IMG/VR virus record: IMGVR_UViG_3300032894_000334
Span: 4,761-68,760 of that record
DNA: 64,000 nucleotides
DNA from: a virus
Lineage: Duplodnaviria > Caudoviricetes
Direction: 5' to 3' (one strand)
Below, in pieces: positions 37,199 through 46,868 of the stretch. Made by a program: the position numbers and the translations under genes. The notes under the pieces are model-generated. The model was not told the DNA's origin. It ran no database searches and saw only the letters and a list, made by a program, of their open reading frames with translations. The stretch's first letter is position 1, and each line of letters opens with the position of its first letter.

Positions 37199-37504
37199 TT
37201 ACTGTAGTTTTAATCGTTTTGTTAACTGCTCAACTGCCTTCCTCCCGGCATCTTGCTTGTAGCCCAACGTGGTCAACAGGTTGACGTAGGCTTTGCACTC
37301 GTCGTTTTCTGCCATCAGCTGCACTACCCTTCGGATCAAGCACGCCTCGACCTCCTGGAGAAGCAACATTCCAGCTGTGGTTTCTGCGATACCGGCGAAA
37401 CGAGCCTTCGCCTGGAGTTCAAGGTCTTTTGCTTGTTCTCCTTCAGACTGCTCATCTTTCCGTGGCTTCCCTGTAACGATATCAACCGGATGACCTTTTT
37501 CCAT
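37199..37504 (-). CDS. Hypothetical protein between portal and scaffold
   Basis: 101 aa helical ORF, SD GGTGG. Confidence 0.65.
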   Translation of the reverse strand: MEKGHPVDIVTGKPRKDEQSEGEQAKDLELQAKARFAGIAETTAGMLLLQEVEACLIRRVVQLMAENDECKAYVNLLTTLGYKQDAGRKAVEQLTKRLKLQ

Positions 37505-37522
37505 AAACCACCTAAGTCCACA

Positions 37523-39556
37523 TTATTCGCCGTTTTGCAAGGATTTTTTACCGCCCTCCTGAGAACCACGCCCAGGAGGGGCCAAAAGTCCACCCCTGCC
37601 TGCGTCTATCATGGCCTTTGTCTCCTGCATCATTTTCATGTTTTCTTTGCCGAGCTTTTCCACTTCGGAAAGCTTTTTCATCAAATCGGCAATTCCCAAG
37701 GCCTCCGAGAGGTCAACGGCTTTCGCTTGTCTCTCCTGTGCGGCAGCAAGAGCCTTTGACTCCATCTGGTCTATCTGCTGTGCCTCGGTAGGAGTGGCAA
37801 TCATGTTTTCGTCTTTAATTGCCGTCCGCTTCTCGATTGCAGAAAGGATCGGGTACGCCTTGATATACCGGCCAAACCGTGGGTTTTGGGAGAGGGGAAC
37901 CAAGACATTCCTGATGACTTCCATGGCCTCGTTCTCTTTCAAGAGTGCCTCTATACCGGAGATGCTCAGTTCCCCTGCTATTGGAGGAACCCCCTGTACC
38001 CCAAGCTCATTGTCAGGACTCGGGCCAAATCCGAGCGATCCCTTGAACCTTTCAAGCTCCTCAGCGGTAAGCATCCGGCTGTAATCATCCCAAGTGGCAA
38101 ACGACCTGACAACGTCAAGACAAGCCATGGAAGCTTGTTTAGCTCCAAGTTCTAGATTTTCTCCGAGCAACGCATACACGCTCATGCTTTGGTTCAAATT
38201 CATGGATGCTTCCCTGAAAGTCATGTCCTGCCTCCATCCAGGGAGCCCCTGGACATTCTCGGGCACGAAGGACCCCCGATAGTAGGACTGATCCAGGAAC
38301 TGAATGTTTGCAATGACCTCATTTGTCCTTGAATTTCTTTCGACCGACCTCACTGAGGGCTCACCGTGCGCTCCTTCTCTTGTCTGGAATTCCTTACCTG
38401 GCCATGTTGCCGCATCGTGTGGATCCACCAGGCGATCGGTGTTTATCTCCGTCATCGGGTTCACCACCCATATCAGGTTGTCCATGTGAAGGCACATAAC
38501 GGTATTCATTGCGTTCCAAACGCTGATCACCCCCTGGAGGAGTCCTCTCCCGCCATGCCTGAGAATATCAGGCAAAGGAGAGTAGCTAACGCCCGGCCAC
38601 CGCAGGAAGCCGTAAGGGGCCGGTTTCGGTTTCGATATCACCCTTCCGCCCGAAATAGTGAAGGTGGCGTTTGGAAGAAGCATTTCACCACCCGGCGCCA
38701 GAACAATCCCGAAAAACTCAGAGGTCAAAATCAGACTTCTGAATTTAGAATCACCGATATTCCAGATTTGATCTTTCCTGTCAGCAACGGCCTCTCTCGT
38801 CATGAAAGGATCGTCTGGTAGTTCAGAGGAAACATCCTTCGCCCGGTCTACGTTTTCATACCGGCCGTCCTGTTCCCCTCTTTTCAAAAGCCAGTAATCG
38901 AGCCATTCCTGGTGGATCCAAAACATTCCCGACTGAGGATCCCTCGGCCCTGTGTCCAGGTCCCGGTGGATCTTCCATGGTTCGACAAGGGCGATTTCTA
39001 GCCCTTTCCCAGGAATCCACCTCGGAATCATTTCCTCGCTCATCCCAACCGCCAGAGCCATTACAGTGGCATCTGTGAATTGGACTGGAAAATTCGCGTG
39101 AGCGCTGTCAAAGGCCACAGCCGCTATTCTTTGCCAGAATTCTGCTGCTTCAGGAGTTCTCTTGTTCTCGATCTTCAGAAAGTTCGGGTTGAAGGCCTTT
39201 TTAACGGCAGAAGCCCCGTACATGACAGTCTGGAAAGGTCGCGGGAGGACAATTCGAGATTGCCATTCCTCTTTGTTTCCGTAATTCGCTGGCTCCCTCT
39301 CCTTGAATGTGTCATAAGCTGCGGCCCAGGTTGTCCTGATCTCCTCGTGGGCCTTTCGGCTGCTGTCTATACAGTCCTGACAGTAGTCTACAAAGTGCTT
39401 TTCGTTTTCACCGGCATACGCTTGAGCGGCGGCTGTCCTTTCCTCAAGCTCTTTAACATCCATGCCTGGAGGAAGATCACTATCAATTGCCCTGTCCATC
39501 TCGCTTTTGCGCTTCGCAAGATATTCCACTTGTTTTCTGGCGGCATCTCCAACCAT
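37523..39556 (-). CDS. Portal protein (P22-like)
   Basis: 677 aa after TerL; WQSRIVLPRPFQ, HGGRGLL, long helical C-terminus. Confidence 0.8.
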   Translation of the reverse strand: MVGDAARKQVEYLAKRKSEMDRAIDSDLPPGMDVKELEERTAAAQAYAGENEKHFVDYCQDCIDSSRKAHEEIRTTWAAAYDTFKEREPANYGNKEEWQSRIVLPRPFQTVMYGASAVKKAFNPNFLKIENKRTPEAAEFWQRIAAVAFDSAHANFPVQFTDATVMALAVGMSEEMIPRWIPGKGLEIALVEPWKIHRDLDTGPRDPQSGMFWIHQEWLDYWLLKRGEQDGRYENVDRAKDVSSELPDDPFMTREAVADRKDQIWNIGDSKFRSLILTSEFFGIVLAPGGEMLLPNATFTISGGRVISKPKPAPYGFLRWPGVSYSPLPDILRHGGRGLLQGVISVWNAMNTVMCLHMDNLIWVVNPMTEINTDRLVDPHDAATWPGKEFQTREGAHGEPSVRSVERNSRTNEVIANIQFLDQSYYRGSFVPENVQGLPGWRQDMTFREASMNLNQSMSVYALLGENLELGAKQASMACLDVVRSFATWDDYSRMLTAEELERFKGSLGFGPSPDNELGVQGVPPIAGELSISGIEALLKENEAMEVIRNVLVPLSQNPRFGRYIKAYPILSAIEKRTAIKDENMIATPTEAQQIDQMESKALAAAQERQAKAVDLSEALGIADLMKKLSEVEKLGKENMKMMQETKAMIDAGRGGLLAPPGRGSQEGGKKSLQNGE

Positions 39557-39568
39557 TGTCGTTTCCTC

Positions 39569-39865
39569 CTAAAACACGTAAACCGTTTTAGATCCCTTCC
39601 TTCGGACTTCTTTCGGTTTGATTTCGTGACCAGCCCAATTTATCGCTGCAAGGTTCTCGATGAACTGACGGCTTACGGCAGTCGAAGCATCTCCATGGTC
39701 CATTTGACAGTCCTTTGAGCAAACATGGGGTTTCGGTTCCCCGTTCCACCCGGTCTCTGGAAATGTTTCCCCACCGCATTTCGTACACTTGAATATTTCC
39801 TCGGCTCCACCCTCTGCGAACGGATTAGGGGTTTTCAGCTCCCAATACCTTTTGCCATATTTCAT
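39569..39865 (-). CDS. Zinc-ribbon hypothetical protein
   Basis: CTKCGG...HVCSKDC. Confidence 0.6.
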   Translation of the reverse strand: MKYGKRYWELKTPNPFAEGGAEEIFKCTKCGGETFPETGWNGEPKPHVCSKDCQMDHGDASTAVSRQFIENLAAINWAGHEIKPKEVRRKGSKTVYVF

Positions 39866-40074
39866 GCGGACTTTCTCGCTTTCCCCCTCTTGTAAATGCT
39901 TCTGAGGCTCGTCTTTGAACTCTTTTCCGGCAATCCTTTCTCCGGCGTCGAAGCGAACTTGTGCAGCTCTCCCTTGCTCATATTGAGAAGGCTTTCGTTT
40001 CTTCTATAAAGCTCCTCGGGATGGTGCTCCGCAATCGCCGCTGCGCGTCTCATTGCTTTGCTGGTTGCTGGCAT
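39862..40074 (-). CDS. Small basic phage protein (DUF3008-like)
   Basis: MPATSKAMRRAAAIAEH...MSKGELHKFASTPEKGLPE. Confidence 0.6.
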   Translation of the reverse strand: MPATSKAMRRAAAIAEHHPEELYRRNESLLNMSKGELHKFASTPEKGLPEKSSKTSLRSIYKRGKARKSA

Positions 40075-40095
40075 GATCGTGCCCCCTACTTAGAA

Positions 40096-41607
40096 TCACT
40101 TGTTCTTTGCGATATTTTTACCAGGGAGAATCACTACCCCCGATTGGCGATCCGGCGCATAGATACCGGACGGCTTTTGTCTCCAATGCTGCCCACCATA
40201 GCTCAGAACCCTTCTTGCGCGGTTCTCTTTGTCCTGGTTCTTTATCCGCTGGATGGGATTGTATGGGAATAAAATGGCTGCTCCATAGCTCCAGGCATTG
40301 CCGGGATGAGAGTGCTCGTCGGTCTGGACAGGCTTGTTTCCTATCACGTTCCCGTTATTATCGGTCTTGTAATGCCAACCGCCTTTTAAGGCTCTATGCA
40401 ACCGGACAGCGGTTCTTGACAGGATAACCGTTGGAATCCCATCGGCGATAAGGGTCTTGAACGGCTCATTGACCGTTTCCCTCCTGACTTCCCAGCGGTC
40501 TGGCCCGAGTTCGCACCGGCACGCGAAACTATTCTCGATTTCCCTTCTTGCGGAGGACCTGGAGCTTGACTGGTCTGAGGTCGCCATAGAGGGATCCAGA
40601 ATGGCTCGCCATCCCTCAGGACTAACCTTGTTTTTCCACTTAGGACTCGCCATCATCGGCTTGACTTGTTCTCGGATGAGTTCCTTCGTCCCGATACCTT
40701 CGTCGTACAAAACATCGTGGATCACGAGTTGTCTGGCTTCTCCGAGATTTCCCACCTGCCGATACTGTGCAAGGATGCAAGTCGGATTCATCCATCCGTC
40801 CCAAAACATCAAAGCCTCGCCCTTAAGGACCGGGAGGATTTTGTCTGAAAAATGAATTCTTGGGTTGTATGAGGTGGTCACCTTTTTTCCCATGGAAACG
40901 GCCGCTTCTACCCCTTCAACATACCGTGACCATTTTCCAGGGTCATCCTTGAAGGCTGCCATATTGGCCGCCCTGGCTATTGGGCTTAAGTGGGTGTTTT
41001 CACCTCTTGGTATTCTGAACAACTTTTTATAGATAACCGTTCCATCCTCTGCCGTAAGATACTCGTCCGGTTCTTCTGCGACTTTGGCGGTCCAGTGATT
41101 TTCGTCTGCTGGGTTCTGTGTGATCTGCACCCTCATCTTCGTGCCGGTCTGCCGCGCCGCCCTGGCAATAGCCATCATGAACACTTCCTTTGGAAGTCCT
41201 GCGTTCGCCCTCTCGTAGATCGGTGCCGGTTCCTCCAGCCAGATGATGGAGTACTGTGGGCCTTGAAGTTTACTGAGAGAGGCTTGATCGTCAATGCCGA
41301 ACAAGTCAAGGTGAACAGGGGGATCGGTTTTTATGGTGGCTTCTCGCTCCTGGTCTCGGAACTGGATGTGTTCTCCGAGATACGCTTTCATGTCCTTGGC
41401 CGTGCTTTTGCGAATGTTGGTGTGCGTGTCCCTGATGAGCGCTCCGAATATTGGGATCCCGCATCGAGCTGCGTGAACGATCAGGGCGACAGTCCCGGCG
41501 AAGGTTTTACCTTCTCCCATCGGGCCGACCAGCATACAGATATGAGCGTCCGATACGGCGAATTGGTACTGTGTCGGGCTTAAATCGAATTGGAGGTCGT
41601 CTATCAT
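40096..41607 (-). CDS. terL: Terminase large subunit
   Basis: Walker A GPMGEGKT, Walker B IIWLEE, motif III ITQNP, RNase-H-like FWDGW...LDPS...HPGNAWSY. Confidence 0.92.
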   Translation of the reverse strand: MIDDLQFDLSPTQYQFAVSDAHICMLVGPMGEGKTFAGTVALIVHAARCGIPIFGALIRDTHTNIRKSTAKDMKAYLGEHIQFRDQEREATIKTDPPVHLDLFGIDDQASLSKLQGPQYSIIWLEEPAPIYERANAGLPKEVFMMAIARAARQTGTKMRVQITQNPADENHWTAKVAEEPDEYLTAEDGTVIYKKLFRIPRGENTHLSPIARAANMAAFKDDPGKWSRYVEGVEAAVSMGKKVTTSYNPRIHFSDKILPVLKGEALMFWDGWMNPTCILAQYRQVGNLGEARQLVIHDVLYDEGIGTKELIREQVKPMMASPKWKNKVSPEGWRAILDPSMATSDQSSSRSSARREIENSFACRCELGPDRWEVRRETVNEPFKTLIADGIPTVILSRTAVRLHRALKGGWHYKTDNNGNVIGNKPVQTDEHSHPGNAWSYGAAILFPYNPIQRIKNQDKENRARRVLSYGGQHWRQKPSGIYAPDRQSGVVILPGKNIAKNK

Positions 41608-42014
41608 GTCTTGGTGAACCTCATGATCCCAAGGGCGTTGAACTCGTAAGTGAAGGTGCCTCCAGCGGCCGTCTTATTGGACCCGAAATCGAAGCAGGCC
41701 AGGAGATAATTCGCCGTGAAGTCGTACACGACCATGTACCGTGTGGTGAAAGAAGCTCCAGTCCATTGGGGATCAGTCGCATCGAGTGTTGTAGTCCCTG
41801 ACGATTCCGTGAGGGAAACTCCAGACAGGGTAAGGCCTCCAGCGGTATATCCGGTTCCGGATATTTCGTTCGCCACCACATCAGCGATCCGGTTGTGGGC
41901 CGCGTCAGGGACATACCCGGAATTGAGGAGCATGGCTTTCAACTCATGGGAGTCAAGGTCTACGTTCCCGTTGGCAACATGATACGACGCTCTGTTGTAA
42001 ATGAAATCAGGCAT
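41604..42014 (-). CDS. Virion structural-type protein located between terS and terL
   Basis: NGNVDLDSHELKAMLL...EISGTGYTAGGLTL...DATDPQWTGASFTTRY motif common to small phage structural proteins. Confidence 0.6.
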   Translation of the reverse strand: MPDFIYNRASYHVANGNVDLDSHELKAMLLNSGYVPDAAHNRIADVVANEISGTGYTAGGLTLSGVSLTESSGTTTLDATDPQWTGASFTTRYMVVYDFTANYLLACFDFGSNKTAAGGTFTYEFNALGIMRFTKT

Positions 42015-42612
42015 CTTTTTTCACCTTGAATAAAAGGACCTTCCGGTCCTTGCCCTCTCCATCTCCATCAGGCTTTTGGTTTACTACGATCCTTGTTCCT
42101 GTTTGCGATTTCAGTTCTTTGGAAAACTTCAACTTGGTTTCAACGGCTTTCAGGGCAACTTCCCTTTCCTGTCTTTGGACTTTCATCCAATCGATATCGG
42201 CAGACACCCATCTGAAGCACTGGAGGAGAATTTCGACGGCGAGCTTGTCGAGTTCCTTGAGATCGTCCATCCGGTCATAAAGCGCTGTTGCCCATTCTTT
42301 TACGAATTTCTCCCTGAACGCCGGCACATAGGCCAAAGCCTTGGCTCTTGACGTGCCCTTCATGCAAGCGTTCTTGAGTGAAACGCTTGTGATCAGGTCC
42401 AGGGTGCGCTTGCTCTCCGGCTCTTTATCGGATGGAGCATGGCTTTCATCCGACATTTCCCGCACCCTGTTTTTGACAAACCTGGCAACCTGTGCGTAGG
42501 AAGTTTTGTGGCCGCACTGCTTCAGAGTGAACACAATGGACGCGATAGGTTCCTTCTTGCAGAACATATCCCAGACCATCTCACCTAAACCCTGTTCTTG
42601 GATTGCGTCCAT
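42007..42612 (-). CDS. Terminase small subunit (putative)
   Basis: N-terminal HTH-like region plus helical oligomerisation region; upstream of TerL. Confidence 0.5.
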   Translation of the reverse strand: MDAIQEQGLGEMVWDMFCKKEPIASIVFTLKQCGHKTSYAQVARFVKNRVREMSDESHAPSDKEPESKRTLDLITSVSLKNACMKGTSRAKALAYVPAFREKFVKEWATALYDRMDDLKELDKLAVEILLQCFRWVSADIDWMKVQRQEREVALKAVETKLKFSKELKSQTGTRIVVNQKPDGDGEGKDRKVLLFKVKKDA

Positions 42613-42728
42613 TGCTCACCTTTCGATTTTTTCGTATCCAATGATCGTTCTAGCTCAAGCACTTTTGCCATAATTTCTATCTGAGCGGCCGCAACCTTCA
42701 GCATCTCAATGGTGTCCTTTATTTCCAA
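42585..42728 (-). CDS. Small ORF (47 aa, TTG start)
   Basis: Hand translation MEIKDTIEMLKVAAAQIEIMAKVLELERSLD...; SD GGAG; fills the intergenic gap. Confidence 0.4.
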   Translation of the reverse strand: MEIKDTIEMLKVAAAQIEIMAKVLELERSLDTKKSKGEQWTQSKNRV

Positions 42729-42729
42729 C

Positions 42730-42918
42730 CTATTCTCCTGCGTCCGTGTCCACGTTTTCTTCGAACGGCCTCAAGCGTGATCCGCAGCGGGGGCAAATGT
42801 CCGTGTCATCTCTCATCGCCGGATCAGCCAGCCACAAGGTCCGGATATACGGCGCGATCTTTCCACACTTGCTTGCGCGGCATACGTGCACGGGAATGTC
42901 TTCAATCGGTCCGCTCAT
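42730..42918 (-). CDS. Zinc-ribbon protein, paralogue of 33349-33687
   Basis: MSGPIEDIPVHVCRASKC...WLADP...CPRCG. Confidence 0.65.
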   Translation of the reverse strand: MSGPIEDIPVHVCRASKCGKIAPYIRTLWLADPAMRDDTDICPRCGSRLRPFEENVDTDAGE

Positions 42919-45434
42919 CAGTCATCCAGAGAAAGCAAAAGGTTGTTCTTGATATTGAGATACATTTTAGCGTCTACGTCAACGTACAACCCATAGCGCC
43001 GCGTTACTGCTGCTCCGCCATGAACACAGGCGTCGGGCGTTATTTCCATAGGAGTGACGATGATATCTACTTCGGCCTGGTCAGCGAGCTGGGCGTGAGC
43101 ATTGTCATCAGCCGCGATCAGGTGAGTCTGGAGAATCGAAGCGATATCGAGCGACTGAAGATGGATCGCTTCTTCTGCGATCAGAATGTGAATCTGCTCA
43201 AATGTAGCAAAGTCATCGTTAAGAGGTCCTCGGAAGATCTGAAATTCATCTACGACAATACTGCCAACTTCAGTCCCCAAACCCCATGTATCAGCCCAAT
43301 TAGAAACAGCTGCAGGAATTAAAACAAGATACGCATATCTACCCGTAAGTGCTCCACCATCAATAGTCATCCAGACACGCCACCAAGCTGAATCATAGCT
43401 TTCAACTCCAGCAGTACAACCTGCCATGGGTCCTGCAACATGCTTGGAAGCACCAGTTTTAGTGTTGACTCTAAAGAAGATTGTTTTTCCAGGTTCATTG
43501 CCATATATATTAAGCAAGAAATCAGGGAACCTAGATTCATCGCTATCCTTTTTAAGATAGAAGGCTACGGTTGTTCGTGTATCCACTCCGTCCGATATCA
43601 GGCACTGCATATGCAGTTCTTCCTGAGTATTACCATCATCCTCCACTGTCCACGCCATATTAGAGGCAAGATCGTATCCAACTTGATTTTGGACAGGAGT
43701 TAGATCAACTCCGAACCAGTTGCCACCATCAAGAAGATTTCTAGGACATGGAAGGACATTCTCTGCATGGAACGTACTGGCAGGAGTCAATAAGTTCGTC
43801 TGGAGGATCGAAGGAGCGTCAGCGGTCTGTGCATGAACGCAGTCGGCAGGCGTGATTATCACGGCTGCGGTGATGGTGGCCTCATCGGCTAGGGTCGCGT
43901 GAGTGGCATCCGCTCCGGCGATGATATGCGTTTGAAGAATCGAAGCGGGATCAGTGGGCTGGGTATGAACGCAATCGGCGGCCGTGATCGTAACGCTGCT
44001 CGTGACGACTACGGTCACTTCGTCCGACAGGGTCGCGTGGACGCAATCAACCGGAGCGATTACGTGCGTCTGAAGCAGGGCCGCCGCATCGGAGAGCGTC
44101 GCATGGGCGCAATCCGCAGGAACGACAATCTGGGTCTGGAGGAGAGTCGCCCCGTCCGCGAGAGTGGCGTGCGTCCCATCGGCTGCGGCAATCACGCTGG
44201 TTGCAATCGCCGTTGTCTGATCTGCCAGGGTCGCGTGGACTGTGTCTGCCGTGACGATGAGATGCGTCTGAAGGACTACTGCCGCATCGGTCGGGGCTGT
44301 ATGGACCGTATCATTCGCAGCGATCAGGTGAGTCTGGAGGAGCACGCCGGCATCGGCCAGGGTTGCGTGGACCGTGTTGTTGGCGTTTATCTGGGTCGCC
44401 CCGCCGCCGACTCCGATGGTCCAGGTGGCATTCGCCGTGTAGTTATTGAACGCCACCCCGTTCGCGGTCAGGCGCAGGTTGTAGACCTGGTTGTTCGCCG
44501 CGCCCTTGGTTGAATCAGCCTTGATGCAGAACTCTATTTCCGTGTAGTTGTTGGCGGAAATGTCGATGGACGGTAGTGGGTTCGTGTCATCCGAGATCTT
44601 GCCTGCCACGAAGTTGTTCCCGCTCGTCTTGTTGGCCGGAGCGGTGAGCTGCGCCGTGGTATTATTGTTCCCGCCTGCCGCGATGTTGTTGCTGGCGGAA
44701 AGTACGATGGGCTTCGAAACGACGACCGTGACGTTATCCGCCAGGGTTGCGTGGACCGTGTTGTTTGCCGCGATGTTGTTCGAAGGGAAGTAGGTGATGA
44801 TGATCTGGCCATTTGCACCGTACCCTCCGAGCCTTGCGGTCGTGCTGTTCTTCCAGGCACCGCCGCCGCCGCCGCCGGGAGCGGATCCTGCAATCCCGAC
44901 TCCGTTGGCAGTATTTCTGCCATTGCCTCCGGCGCCGCCGCCGCCTCCGCCTACGCCGCCATTGTAGCCTATCGCCCCGTTTCCGTTGGCAGCATTTCCG
45001 GCCGCAGCTCCACCGCCTCCGGCGTAGGTTCCGGCAACTCCGTTTGCTCCTTTGCCTCCGGCATATTTCACATCTCCGGTGCAATTCGCGACTGCTCCGC
45101 CATTCGCGCCGGTTACATTGTTAGAACCCGGCCCTCTGCCGCCTTCAGCCTGACAAACTATAGTATTCCCAGCATCGTTGAACCAGCTATTTCCACCTGT
45201 CCCACCGCTTTGTGAACCACGAGCTCCAACGCTAAAACTGTATACTGTTGTTGGGATAACAGGATAGTCATTTAGTGCAGCAAACGCACCTCCACCACCA
45301 CCACCACATACACCGTTAGCTCCTCGATTCGATCCTCCAGCGCCGGCAGCCCAGACTTCGATCTTGGCCGTGGTGACGTTGGCCGGACAGGTCCAGGTCC
45401 CTGCTCCAGAAGTGGTGTAGGTGTTATTCGCCAT
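42918..45434 (-). CDS. Fibre/spike-like virion protein: Gly-rich domain, Asn-rich domain, 22-aa His repeats, inserted globular domain
   Basis: GGGGGG runs; D/N-x-x-HATLAD repeats; 15 N-X-T sequons in residues 1-376. Confidence 0.7.
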   Translation of the reverse strand: MANNTYTTSGAGTWTCPANVTTAKIEVWAAGAGGSNRGANGVCGGGGGGAFAALNDYPVIPTTVYSFSVGARGSQSGGTGGNSWFNDAGNTIVCQAEGGRGPGSNNVTGANGGAVANCTGDVKYAGGKGANGVAGTYAGGGGAAAGNAANGNGAIGYNGGVGGGGGGAGGNGRNTANGVGIAGSAPGGGGGGAWKNSTTARLGGYGANGQIIITYFPSNNIAANNTVHATLADNVTVVVSKPIVLSASNNIAAGGNNNTTAQLTAPANKTSGNNFVAGKISDDTNPLPSIDISANNYTEIEFCIKADSTKGAANNQVYNLRLTANGVAFNNYTANATWTIGVGGGATQINANNTVHATLADAGVLLQTHLIAANDTVHTAPTDAAVVLQTHLIVTADTVHATLADQTTAIATSVIAAADGTHATLADGATLLQTQIVVPADCAHATLSDAAALLQTHVIAPVDCVHATLSDEVTVVVTSSVTITAADCVHTQPTDPASILQTHIIAGADATHATLADEATITAAVIITPADCVHAQTADAPSILQTNLLTPASTFHAENVLPCPRNLLDGGNWFGVDLTPVQNQVGYDLASNMAWTVEDDGNTQEELHMQCLISDGVDTRTTVAFYLKKDSDESRFPDFLLNIYGNEPGKTIFFRVNTKTGASKHVAGPMAGCTAGVESYDSAWWRVWMTIDGGALTGRYAYLVLIPAAVSNWADTWGLGTEVGSIVVDEFQIFRGPLNDDFATFEQIHILIAEEAIHLQSLDIASILQTHLIAADDNAHAQLADQAEVDIIVTPMEITPDACVHGGAAVTRRYGLYVDVDAKMYLNIKNNLLLSLDD
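43770..44390 (-). repeat. Intragenic ~66-nt (22-aa) tandem repeats
   Basis: About 9 units such as LLQTHLIAANDTVHTAPTDAAV. GCCAGGGTTGCGTGGACCGTGTTGTT occurs identically near 44356 and 44740. Confidence 0.85.
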
Positions 45435-46359
45435 ACGCCTCTTTGTATTGCTGGAAAAGCGACTTCATCTCTTTTTTCGGGTCAAAAGTTTTCATTAGAT
45501 GCGGAGAGAGGAATCCCTTTTCATTCAGGATCATGAAAATCCCGTACCGGGCCGCTGTCCGGTCCCGGTAATCCTGATCCTTGTAGGCCGCCATCTGCCC
45601 TGGTTCCCTGAAACACTTGAGATCGGTCAGGACGTACTTTCCGGAATCGATCTTTTTGCTCTTTCCCTTCAGGCGCTCCAGGTTTTTAGGGGATATATCG
45701 TCCGCTCCCTCCAGGCTCGACCGGCGCTTGAGCGGGAAGGCGCATCCGCACTTCGGGCAATACTCCTTCATCTGCTCAATGAAATCCTTCGGGGTACGCT
45801 TCCACCAGTTCTTTCCGACCGGCCAGCCGGAGTTGCCGTCGAACAGGAGCGACATGGCCGCTGCGATCTCGCAGAAAAAACCGCCCTTCGGATTGATTGA
45901 AGCGCTCCAGGCGTTCTGGACCCAGCACTCGTTGATGTTGATCCACATATCCTCGGGATCCGGCTGGACCTCCTCGGCTGAAACCAGGATCGGGGCGTGC
46001 AGGATGTCGGATCGCGTGTGATCGTTCAGGAAGATATGCCCGAAGGTCTTGCAGATCGCTTCTCGGTAATGCTCGTATCCCTTTGGAAAGCAGCTCCACA
46101 AGCCGAGCTGCGATCTCGGGAATTTGGAAAGCATGTAATCGCAGAGTTTTTCGAACTGCGGGTGAAGCAGAGGTTCCCCGCCCATCATGCCGACCATCTT
46201 CGGAAAGCCTTCCATGGAATCGACGGCTGACTTGAACTGGTCGAACTTCATGAAATACGGTTTCCGGTGGCCGCAGAACCGGGTGCAGTTTGAGCACTCG
46301 TTGATGCAGGCGTTCGTGACCTCGATTTGGATGGTGTCCATGGCAACGAGCGATCTCAT
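45424..46359 (-). CDS. Radical SAM protein
   Basis: CINECSNC CxxxCxxC; GGEPLLHP; C-terminal CFCE/CPKCG-type cysteines. Confidence 0.9.
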   Translation of the reverse strand: MRSLVAMDTIQIEVTNACINECSNCTRFCGHRKPYFMKFDQFKSAVDSMEGFPKMVGMMGGEPLLHPQFEKLCDYMLSKFPRSQLGLWSCFPKGYEHYREAICKTFGHIFLNDHTRSDILHAPILVSAEEVQPDPEDMWININECWVQNAWSASINPKGGFFCEIAAAMSLLFDGNSGWPVGKNWWKRTPKDFIEQMKEYCPKCGCAFPLKRRSSLEGADDISPKNLERLKGKSKKIDSGKYVLTDLKCFREPGQMAAYKDQDYRDRTAARYGIFMILNEKGFLSPHLMKTFDPKKEMKSLFQQYKEAYGE

Positions 46360-46868
46360 TCAACCTCCACATACCAAATACCATTCGGCCCGGATTCAAA
46401 TTTAAGATTCATATATTGAAGCGCTCCATTAACTCCAGCCCATCCCGAATCATGCCCACAAATGAGTTTCTTGCATTTCGGAAGCCAGCAGGTCAGATCG
46501 GTGAGGACAAACTCGAATAGATGACAAGCGTCGATCCAGACCATGTCAACTGATTTTGGAAGAAATAATTTCGCGGCGTCGGCGCTGGACATCTCCAGCA
46601 GATGCAGGTTCGGGAAATGCCCCACGTTCTTCAGGAAATCAAGCTTTCCACTTTTGTTTAATGTGTAATCCGCAGGATCGGGCGACCCTTTGAAATGATC
46701 TACCGCAGTGACCGTGCCCTTGCATCCACTCAGAAGGGCATGAGTCGATTTACCCTTGAATGATCCTATTTCTACAACGCTGTCCATTTTTGTCGCTTGT
46801 TCATAAAGCCATTGGGCGCCTTGATCGTCGACCGAACTCTCCGGTTCATTCATTGGGATGTAGATCAT
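46356..46868 (-). CDS. Class I SAM methyltransferase (sugar O-methyltransferase-like)
   Basis: VVEIGSFKGKST, AVDHF, DMVWIDACH...CGHD. Confidence 0.88.
   Translation of the reverse strand: MIYIPMNEPESSVDDQGAQWLYEQATKMDSVVEIGSFKGKSTHALLSGCKGTVTAVDHFKGSPDPADYTLNKSGKLDFLKNVGHFPNLHLLEMSSADAAKLFLPKSVDMVWIDACHLFEFVLTDLTCWLPKCKKLICGHDSGWAGVNGALQYMNLKFESGPNGIWYVEVE

Noticed and set aside
43770-45434. AAC-rich sequence and near-identical repeats suggesting a diversity-generating retroelement template/variable repeat
   Set aside because: No reverse transcriptase in the window. The repeats are in-frame coding units, and their differences are not confined to adenines.
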